Below are positions 25,874 to 33,247 of a stretch of 34,831 nucleotides of DNA, in pieces; positions within the stretch are counted from its first letter, which is position 1; each line of letters starts with the position of its first letter. The notes under the pieces were generated by a model that was not told where the DNA came from, did not search any database, and was given only the letters and a program-made list of their open reading frames with translations. The stretch spans positions 1 through 34,831 of the IMG/VR virus record IMGVR_UViG_3300017913_002239; one strand, given 5' to 3'. Made by a program: the position numbers and the translations under genes. Source of the DNA: a virus. Lineage: Duplodnaviria; Caudoviricetes.

Positions 25874-26137
25874 TCAAAGAGTGCGTCCTACTGTTTCTAA
25901 GATGGTAGTAAGTTCGTCATGATCAGCTTGTGTTTCGCCAAATTTGCTTTTGTGAGCAATCTTTACTGCTTTCTTGAGAATACTAGGTTTTACTTGAAGC
26001 TCTTCTGCTACTGCTTTAATTGTGTCATTTAGTCCTTCGTTGAGAACTTCTACTTCTGTTAACACACCCATACCTTCGTTAACCAGTTGAGTTAGTTTTG
26101 CTTTTTGTTCTGGATTAAAAATTTTAGTATCGTTCAT
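25874..26137 (-). CDS. Small dsDNA-binding protein (T4 DsbA/GapR-like)
   Basis: KLTQLVNE....L.E...L......IK.VAEEL.VKPSILKKAVKIAHK helical pattern; AGGA RBS. Confidence 0.6.
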   Translation of the reverse strand: MNDTKIFNPEQKAKLTQLVNEGMGVLTEVEVLNEGLNDTIKAVAEELQVKPSILKKAVKIAHKSKFGETQADHDELTTILETVGRTL

Positions 26138-26164
26138 GTTTATCCTTTTGTATGATTAAACTAT

Positions 26165-26193
26165 AGTGTAGTGAGCCATTGATCCAAAGTAAA
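26165..26193 (-). promoter_or_regulatory. Possible sigma70-type promoter for the DsbA-like gene and polymerase region
   Basis: Minus strand TTTACT-17 nt-TACACT. Confidence 0.45.
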
Positions 26194-26226
26194 GATATTG
26201 TTGAATCAAAATTGCTCAAAAGGTAA

Positions 26227-27069
26227 TTATTTAAATGTTACTGTTTCCTTGTGTAGAATTATACTGCTGGAATCTTTTTTACTAGGGCATTGCCCGCACA
26301 GTCTGTGCGGTTTACCAAAATTTGCAACAAATTTTTCAATTTCAGAAATCTCACATTGTGGATCCAACCCTGTATCTATAAATTTTTCCCACTGTGTGCT
26401 ATTAGGGTGATTAAATCTAGATAAAATGTCCGGGGTTAATCCTAAGGTTCCGCATTTGAAAATTTTGCCATTGTATAACAGTGGACACTTTTGTTGCACA
26501 CACATATCAAATGCATCTGATGGATTATTATTGTGAGGCTGCATGTCTTCATATGGGCCTATAAATGTTTTGAAAAAATATTCAGGTCTAGCTAATTGAA
26601 ATCTAAAATCTCTATTTTTTTCTTTAAATCTGTTTATTCCAAACTCGGTCACTGGTTCCCATTCATAATTCTCAAAAATTCTGTCAATGCACTGATCTAG
26701 TGATTCTGATTGAGTATGATAGCTTATTTTAAATACAGTATTGCCAAGGTCTCTAAGAATATCAAAGATTTTCCAGTGTTTATGCAAAAGAGTGCCGTTT
26801 GTGACAAATCGAATTTGGGCGTTGGGTAATAATTCTCTTATGCCATAAAGCCAATTTTCTAGATCTGGGTTCATCAGAGGCTCGCCGCCCATAAGTCCTA
26901 TTGCTTGTAAATCCAATCTATCAGTCCATGGTTCTAGCCATTGTTTGCCAGTGGACCATCGAATACTTCCTTTATGCTTCAGGTCGCTAAACGTGGTACA
27001 CCCCTGGCAACTAAGATTACATGCATTTATAATCATTAACTCTAGAAACGGCAATACCGGTTTAATCAT
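26227..27069 (-). CDS. Radical SAM protein
   Basis: CNLSCQGC, MGGEPLMNP, VTNG; C-terminal C...C...GKIFKC...CGQC. Confidence 0.88.
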   Translation of the reverse strand: MIKPVLPFLELMIINACNLSCQGCTTFSDLKHKGSIRWSTGKQWLEPWTDRLDLQAIGLMGGEPLMNPDLENWLYGIRELLPNAQIRFVTNGTLLHKHWKIFDILRDLGNTVFKISYHTQSESLDQCIDRIFENYEWEPVTEFGINRFKEKNRDFRFQLARPEYFFKTFIGPYEDMQPHNNNPSDAFDMCVQQKCPLLYNGKIFKCGTLGLTPDILSRFNHPNSTQWEKFIDTGLDPQCEISEIEKFVANFGKPHRLCGQCPSKKDSSSIILHKETVTFK

Positions 27070-28223
27070 AATATTTTTTGACGTCCGCCTGTGCGACTTA
27101 GATCATTGGTTACACAATGGATGCCACAATCCCAGAAATACTTGTGCCTGAACGGTGATACATGAACATTAATGCCATGACGAGCACAGGCTTCTTCTAC
27201 TTTATCATTATGACTACTTACAATAATGTTTTTAGGATCGACAATGAGAATGTTTACGTCGAATACTGTTTCGTGTACTTCCCCTACCCATTCATCAAAA
27301 TAATGATCCACCATGTGAACAAGATTTTGATCCTGCTCGAACCCGGGCATAAACCAGCGACCTTTGTTGATTTTCATGCTCTTTTCAAATTTGCGCATAT
27401 GAGCATACTCACTGTCGGGTAGATATACAACTTCCCAGTCTGGGAAAGTATCAGCGTATGTAGGAATATCATTTAAGCTGATAATCAATCCAGGAGTAAT
27501 AGGACAATATACACTATCTCCGTGACCGCCGGCATTAACAACATGGTTTGTTGTATCAGGAAAGAGTTGGTTTACTTGATCAAGTATTTTTTGTTTGTCG
27601 TCGTAATAGGTTTGAGTAGCAAAAAATAAATCATCGCCTAGTCTACTAACAAAACATCCGTTTATAAAATCCAAATCGGTATACACTATGTTACTATTCT
27701 GTTCTATTTGTTCAAAAATATGTTTATAGAATCCAAGTTTAGCATCTAAGTGTTTTTGATCTTTTACAGCAAAAGCATCCAGTGCTTTTTTCATTGATTC
27801 TTTATACTCAGGGTATGTGTTATAGAAATCTTGTGGACGAACAAAATCTTCCATCCAACTTTCTTTGTTTTGCCTGTAGCATACTCCCCAAGCATGACTT
27901 GCATTAGGAACGTTCGGAACCCAAAATTTGTCATGAATAGTTATAAAGTAATCTCTAGGCGCAGTAGGCGGTTGCACCCACTTACCGTCTATGTAAAGCT
28001 CATTGATGTCATCGGGGAATTCAGGACGTAGAGTTTTTACTCCAAACTTGTTTTCGAGAAGTTTAATTAAATTCTGATAATCTTCTTCTGTTTCTTGTGC
28101 TAATTTCTCGAATCGATTTCGTGTTTTAGTATTGTCGATCCATTGGTAAAATTCAGGCGGATAAGTTTTCCCTACTATACAAACTTCAAGGGGATCCCAG
28201 TGTTGGTATACTGTATAACTCAT
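27066..28223 (-). CDS. Amidinotransferase (pentein family)
   Basis: WDPLEVCIVG, PRDY, GHGD, VFDVN, RHKYFWDCGIHCVTNDL.R. Confidence 0.8.
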   Translation of the reverse strand: MSYTVYQHWDPLEVCIVGKTYPPEFYQWIDNTKTRNRFEKLAQETEEDYQNLIKLLENKFGVKTLRPEFPDDINELYIDGKWVQPPTAPRDYFITIHDKFWVPNVPNASHAWGVCYRQNKESWMEDFVRPQDFYNTYPEYKESMKKALDAFAVKDQKHLDAKLGFYKHIFEQIEQNSNIVYTDLDFINGCFVSRLGDDLFFATQTYYDDKQKILDQVNQLFPDTTNHVVNAGGHGDSVYCPITPGLIISLNDIPTYADTFPDWEVVYLPDSEYAHMRKFEKSMKINKGRWFMPGFEQDQNLVHMVDHYFDEWVGEVHETVFDVNILIVDPKNIIVSSHNDKVEEACARHGINVHVSPFRHKYFWDCGIHCVTNDLSRTGGRQKIL

Positions 28224-28235
28224 TTGCGGTCCTTG

Positions 28236-29318
28236 TTAGATGTGTTCTTTATATATATCATTGATTGATTGCTGTCTTAATAAATTACATTTATTACTAA
28301 AGTTCTGAGATACAATAAAATCTCTATTAAATCTACTAGATTCGGATGTCATATTAATCAAATCAACAACATCATATTTTTGTAGTTCTTTGAGGAGATC
28401 ACAAATACTTGCATATCTTGTAAAATTTCCTGGATCATTGTCAAACGATAAATCCAGTTCATAATCAAATTGTAATCCTAGTTGTTTTAAGTATCCATAT
28501 ACATTATACTGCGAAACTGGAATAAATGCAATCTCTGCGAGCAAGCATTTAAAAGTTTTTTCACTCAAATTCGGACCGGGGCGTATATGTTTTACACCGT
28601 CCTCCTCTGACATATAACTCATTGGGTGACTTTCTAAATTTAAATGAATTGCTGCACCAGAGTAAAAAATATTTTGCATGTTAGTAGTAGCATGCATGTC
28701 GCTGAAATCGAATTGCTCGTCGACTAATATTTCCTGTCCATAATATTTCCTTACAAAAATTTCTTTAAGTTCGTCGAGTGTGGCATTGCCAGTAGGTTGA
28801 AACACAAAATCTTCATCTTGTTGTAACCATGAACTTAACTTTACAGTTATTTCATTTCTTGGAAAAGCTTCTAGTAGTGCTGTAGTTGCAAACATTTTAC
28901 TCGGAGTAATCCTATTGCAAATAGCACTTACCTTGTATTTTACATCTTTTTTAATTGGATCAGGATGCCATTTTAAAATTTGATTTATCATCAAATCGTA
29001 GCACGGAAAACTATAGTAAAATACATTTTTTGGGTAGTAGGTGTTGTCTTTAGGCCCGTTATCTAGAACTATAAATTTCTTTGTTTTATTTGCCTTTGCT
29101 ATCTGATATAACCAAGGATAATCCAAAGGCTCTCCGAACCATGCAAAAACATAATTGTCAAAGTTATTAGGAATATTTCTCTGACCTGTAATCCACAAAC
29201 CATAAAATGTTTTTCCAGGAATATCATGTAGCCAATCTAGTTCAGGCCATGGTAACTTGTCTGGTAGAGTGTCGTTTAAAATAGTTGCTGGTGTAATCAT
29301 ATTATGAACTAAATGCAT
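28236..29318 (-). CDS. GT10-like putative glycosyltransferase (third paralogue)
   Basis: IHLNLES...LSEKTFKCL....FIPV......LKQLG..F...LD.SFD. ATG 29318 preferred over TTG 29333. Confidence 0.4.
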   Translation of the reverse strand: MHLVHNMITPATILNDTLPDKLPWPELDWLHDIPGKTFYGLWITGQRNIPNNFDNYVFAWFGEPLDYPWLYQIAKANKTKKFIVLDNGPKDNTYYPKNVFYYSFPCYDLMINQILKWHPDPIKKDVKYKVSAICNRITPSKMFATTALLEAFPRNEITVKLSSWLQQDEDFVFQPTGNATLDELKEIFVRKYYGQEILVDEQFDFSDMHATTNMQNIFYSGAAIHLNLESHPMSYMSEEDGVKHIRPGPNLSEKTFKCLLAEIAFIPVSQYNVYGYLKQLGLQFDYELDLSFDNDPGNFTRYASICDLLKELQKYDVVDLINMTSESSRFNRDFIVSQNFSNKCNLLRQQSINDIYKEHI

Positions 29319-29331
29319 AATGTTAATTAGC

Positions 29332-29430
29332 AAAAAAAATTGCTCACTTTAGATTTTGCGGTAGCGAGTCGCAAAACCAGGCCAGCAGCCGGCCATTGCC
29401 TTAACGTAACGGTCCTAAGGCAAATCTTTT
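29332..29430 (-). ncRNA. Candidate structured RNA: three hairpins, H-type pseudoknot, U-tract
   Basis: Minus strand P1 TTGCCTTA/TAAGGCAA, P2 GGCCGG/CTGGCC, P3 GGTTTTGCG/CGCAAAATC; the P3 loop CTCGCT pairs with downstream AGTGAG; followed by T8. GC-richer island between AT-rich genes. Confidence 0.6.
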
Positions 29431-29433
29431 TTG

Positions 29434-29853
29434 TTAGTTGATTGATTGTAAAATCTTCAAATAGAATTGCGGCCAATCATCTAACGGTGGAATATCAATT
29501 GTACTTATTTTATTGTTAAATGCCAAATAAGGATCAAAATTTATAGCGTAAAGATGTTCTTCCTCTAGATACAAATAGCCCAACTGAATACTTTCTATTC
29601 TTATGTGTTTATCACTGACTATTTTCCCATCGTTGTTTACTGCTGTATCCTGAGTATGATCTTTACCTGTGATATATATCGACAAGGAGTTTCCCGGAGT
29701 AAATGTAAATTGTATCGAACTTCGTCCCGATGCAAGACTATTTGGTTTAATACTTACACCAAAATCCAGCTCATTGCTTGATCTCAAAACTAATCCAGCT
29801 GTTCCGTTATAGTCTTCGGCGATAATGTTTACTTTACCTAGCATCGGTACCAA
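29434..29853 (-). CDS. Hypothetical protein
   Basis: 139 aa, overlaps the radical SAM stop; GKD...T.V..DG.I..DK.I.I..I. Confidence 0.6.
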   Translation of the reverse strand: MVPMLGKVNIIAEDYNGTAGLVLRSSNELDFGVSIKPNSLASGRSSIQFTFTPGNSLSIYITGKDHTQDTAVNNDGKIVSDKHIRIESIQLGYLYLEEEHLYAINFDPYLAFNNKISTIDIPPLDDWPQFYLKILQSIN

Positions 29854-31240
29854 AACTTTCCAATAGACTTTCGTGTACAGAATCTCTTTTTACATTAAAA
29901 CCACATAGACTAGCATGTGATTTTAGTTCTTGCATCCAGTCTAGTCTTTTGGCTAGTGTATTTCCTGTCTGAACATTAATCCAATCATTTTCTCTTTTGC
30001 CGGGTATAATTACATCTCCGTACATCCGAGACAATGGAGTACCCGGCAAAATAGCCAAAGTACTGCCAAATTGTATTTTTACAATAGTATTGCCTGCGTA
30101 GGGACTTAGCAGCTTAATCATTTCTTTTGCTTCTTGTATGTGTTTATCGGTTTCTGTCACATAACCCACAATCATTAAGAATGTACATGTAATGCCATAC
30201 TTTTGCATAATAGCAACGTTGTTAACAATATCTTCGTTGCTAAATTTTTTCTTCATATGGTCACGGATTTCTTCGCTTAAACTTTCAACCCCGACTGCTA
30301 AATTATTGCCACCTGCTAGTGCTGTTAGTTTCCAGTCGTTATCTGTCATGTGTTGTACCGGCCTGAAGATAAACTGACTACTCCAGGATATTTTTTTATC
30401 ATCATGGACCGACTGGTTATATTCTGCTAATGTGGTAACTAAATTTCTATAGGCTTTCATACTACCATTGAGTAAACTATCTGTGAATGTAAATTGATAG
30501 ATATTATGTTTTTTTGCTTGATAAATCATTTCTTTTGCTACACTTGTGCCGTCTCTGAACACAAACTTTTGCCAATGTTCATGAATATCGCAGAATGTGC
30601 ATCTTCTTACACAACCTCTACTATTAGTAATAGGAATAGTTGCATCGTAGTCCTTGAAATTATAGATATCGTAATCAGGATAAGGCATCTGATCTAGATC
30701 TTGAATTTGTGTCCATTGATTTGTGTTAAATAGTTGGCTTTGTATTTTTTTATTTAGAATCTCGATTAAAGCAACTTCACCTTCGCTTTTTATCCAGTAA
30801 TCGCACAAATTAAGTTCTAGTGCATGCTGTCCCCAATTATCGTTACTGTTTATTCCATTATTAGACAATCCTTGGCCGCCTAAAATTATCTTTGTTTCTG
30901 GGCAATGAATACGCAACATAAGGCATAATAATTTTGTTACAGGCAAGCAATTGTAGGTAAACACACTTATTCCAACATATACTGGCTGTATTTTCTTTAT
31001 TCTGTCGACAAGTTTGTTAGTTTCTGATAGCAAAATTTCATAATTACCTATTATGTTAGACACAGAAAAATCTCTAAATTGATCAAGAGTAGTTTTTTCT
31101 TTTTGAAGTATTTCTATGTTCCAATCTATGTAATTTACACTGTATCCGTTTGATTTAGCTGACGCACTAAGAATTGCCGGGGCAGCAGGCGGTACCAGCG
31201 AATCAGTAAAAGGAACCGAGAGCAGTAACAGATCTATCAT
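29834..31240 (-). CDS. Cobalamin-binding (class B) radical SAM enzyme
   Basis: N-terminal B12-binding domain (VGISVF, IILGGQG, EGE); SRGCVRRCTFC; GVES; IVGYVTET. Confidence 0.88.
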   Translation of the reverse strand: MIDLLLLSVPFTDSLVPPAAPAILSASAKSNGYSVNYIDWNIEILQKEKTTLDQFRDFSVSNIIGNYEILLSETNKLVDRIKKIQPVYVGISVFTYNCLPVTKLLCLMLRIHCPETKIILGGQGLSNNGINSNDNWGQHALELNLCDYWIKSEGEVALIEILNKKIQSQLFNTNQWTQIQDLDQMPYPDYDIYNFKDYDATIPITNSRGCVRRCTFCDIHEHWQKFVFRDGTSVAKEMIYQAKKHNIYQFTFTDSLLNGSMKAYRNLVTTLAEYNQSVHDDKKISWSSQFIFRPVQHMTDNDWKLTALAGGNNLAVGVESLSEEIRDHMKKKFSNEDIVNNVAIMQKYGITCTFLMIVGYVTETDKHIQEAKEMIKLLSPYAGNTIVKIQFGSTLAILPGTPLSRMYGDVIIPGKRENDWINVQTGNTLAKRLDWMQELKSHASLCGFNVKRDSVHESLLESFGTDAR

Positions 31241-31250
31241 AATATGATAC

Positions 31251-31856
31251 TTAGTTTACACAAGAATGATCAGTTTTTTTATACATAAAAAAAACTACAG
31301 CTTTTTTGATAGAAATGTTGTTTTGTACAAAATTATCGCTACAGTGTAAATCTTTTCTGTGCCAAACAATTGGTTGTCCTCTTTGCCAACTGTTATAACT
31401 TTTTACAGATACCTTAGTTTTTAGATATTCATCACAATGTGTCAAATTTTTTTGCCAAAATACATTTGTAACATGATCTTGTATATCTGGTAATTTTTCA
31501 ATTTGGTCATTATTTGTTGCTTGCTGGTTGAAAACAATTGTATGCACTGATAGAGTTTGCAAAGGTATAAGTATTGCTTCGCTTGGCTCTCTGCAATTGT
31601 CTTCGTAGTCTTGATCCTTTTGGTAGTCGGTGTGTATGCTATACGGATTAGTGCTGTGCAACAACATACCTAATGCAATATAACTATCGCCTACAATGTT
31701 TGACAAATAGGTAGATAGTCCTTGATTATCAAGTATTTTCAACTCTCGAGAACTAAAACCTGCAACTTGATTTTTCATTATGCAATCAGGGGAAAAAATT
31801 TTATTTTCGTCAAGTTTATCGAATATTTTTAACAATTTGTCCGGACAGTGTATCAT
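31251..31856 (-). CDS. Divergent Fe(II)/2OG dioxygenase-like protein
   Basis: IHTD...ILIPL...WQRG..I.W....LHCSDN......K. Confidence 0.45.
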   Translation of the reverse strand: MIHCPDKLLKIFDKLDENKIFSPDCIMKNQVAGFSSRELKILDNQGLSTYLSNIVGDSYIALGMLLHSTNPYSIHTDYQKDQDYEDNCREPSEAILIPLQTLSVHTIVFNQQATNNDQIEKLPDIQDHVTNVFWQKNLTHCDEYLKTKVSVKSYNSWQRGQPIVWHRKDLHCSDNFVQNNISIKKAVVFFMYKKTDHSCVN

Positions 31857-31894
31857 GCAACTACTTATCTCTAAGGCTAAGCTCGGCGTTTATA

Positions 31895-32539
31895 TTAAAA
31901 TTTATGACTCCATTCAGGAAAAATGGTGTCTCTCAGTAACTTATGACAGTATCGATCGGGATGTCCTGAATCAGGAAAGCAATCACTTTTTTCCCAGTAT
32001 TCAGACTTTCTTTCTATATTATCGATTATAGTTGGATCATATTTAAAATGTTTCAGAATATCTGCATTGGGAAAGTAAGGACAAGCAGGATAATTCTTAT
32101 CAATAAGTTTGCCCCAACTTGGGACAATTATATCCAAGCATTCAAAGTGTTGAGTATAATCATCAGTCAAATCACAAACTCCGCCGATGAGTTTTATTTT
32201 AATACAAGCATTGGATGCTATTGTGTTTGCTCTATCGAAAACATTGTATAAATGTTGTTCGGCATAATCCAAAAAACCTGTATTATCAAATTTATAAAAA
32301 CACCTCGAAGGACAGGTTATAATCCAAAAAAAAGTATCGTAAGGGGTTGGAGTGAATTGTTCGAGCAATAATTCTAATCTACTAACACTATCCGTGTTAC
32401 TTCCTGCTCCTAGTGATAAGTTAATTACTTGATCATGCAATGAAAGATAGTTTCCGAAACCAGGCCCTGATAATGAACATCCGTTTTCGCCGGGGCTCCA
32501 TTCTCCTACTCCCCAACTATCTCCGATTATAATAATCAT
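31895..32539 (-). CDS. SGNH hydrolase-like protein
   Basis: IIGDSWG, NLSLGAGSN, DSGHPDRYCH. Confidence 0.65.
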   Translation of the reverse strand: MIIIIGDSWGVGEWSPGENGCSLSGPGFGNYLSLHDQVINLSLGAGSNTDSVSRLELLLEQFTPTPYDTFFWIITCPSRCFYKFDNTGFLDYAEQHLYNVFDRANTIASNACIKIKLIGGVCDLTDDYTQHFECLDIIVPSWGKLIDKNYPACPYFPNADILKHFKYDPTIIDNIERKSEYWEKSDCFPDSGHPDRYCHKLLRDTIFPEWSHKF

Positions 32540-32838
32540 TTTTTACTTTTAGTGCTTACCCTAATTGGTTTGTTGCCCTGGCCTGACTGCTTTTTACCGC
32601 CACGGCCTGCCTTGTTCTGCGCCGCACGTTTGCGACGAGTTGCTGACTCTTTTTCTTTCTTTGACATACTTGCAGCTTTTGACGCTGGCACACACTTAGC
32701 ATAGCCTTTCTTGTCTCCACTAGTACCACACTCTGGGTGTCCACCGCCTTTTTTCTTTTTGCCAATGTTTACCCATTTTTGTTTAAACCACTTGCGTAGC
32801 CCACCTTCGTATTCTGCTACAAATTCGCTTGCTTTCAT
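32536..32838 (-). CDS. Small highly basic protein, putative internal head protein
   Basis: N-terminus MKASEFVAE; LRKWFKQKWV...CG......YAKCVP; Lys/Arg-rich. Confidence 0.7.
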   Translation of the reverse strand: MKASEFVAEYEGGLRKWFKQKWVNIGKKKKGGGHPECGTSGDKKGYAKCVPASKAASMSKKEKESATRRKRAAQNKAGRGGKKQSGQGNKPIRVSTKSKK

Positions 32839-32839
32839 A

Positions 32840-33247
32840 TTAGTCTTCTATAGGGCCGCCTTCGACCCATGCACTACATGTACGCTTGCTTGCACACTTG
32901 AACTTTAAGAATTTGCAATAGCCAAGTTCGCCGGCATCGATTGTGTCCATTGGATCACTGCCTGCTTCACTACCTATACCTTTTGCAATACAGTCCTGCA
33001 TATCGTCGCTTATGTCAAACGCAGCACAATTTCCACAACGAGCACTCTTCGCTTGCTCAATATCATCCATGTTCCATTCATCAGCAATCTTTTGCCAGTA
33101 CTCTTCGTTTGGTTCGTTTGGATCTAGAGGACCATACATGTATTCATCAATGGCTTTTTTGCGATTCTTTAGATTAAGATCGATGCTTTGCGTTGCTGGA
33201 GGACAACCGTCTTCGATTGCCTCCATTAAGTTGATCAGGTCTCTCAT
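32840..33247 (-). CDS. Cys-rich phage protein (putative metal or Fe-S binding)
   Basis: Start MRDLI at 33247 (ATGA overlap); RCGNCAAF...GYCKFLKFKCASKRTCSAW. Confidence 0.7.
   Translation of the reverse strand: MRDLINLMEAIEDGCPPATQSIDLNLKNRKKAIDEYMYGPLDPNEPNEEYWQKIADEWNMDDIEQAKSARCGNCAAFDISDDMQDCIAKGIGSEAGSDPMDTIDAGELGYCKFLKFKCASKRTCSAWVEGGPIED

Noticed and set aside
29332-29430. tRNA or CRISPR repeat
   Set aside because: No acceptor stem, TTCGA loop or CCA, and no repeat-spacer periodicity was seen here or elsewhere in the window.
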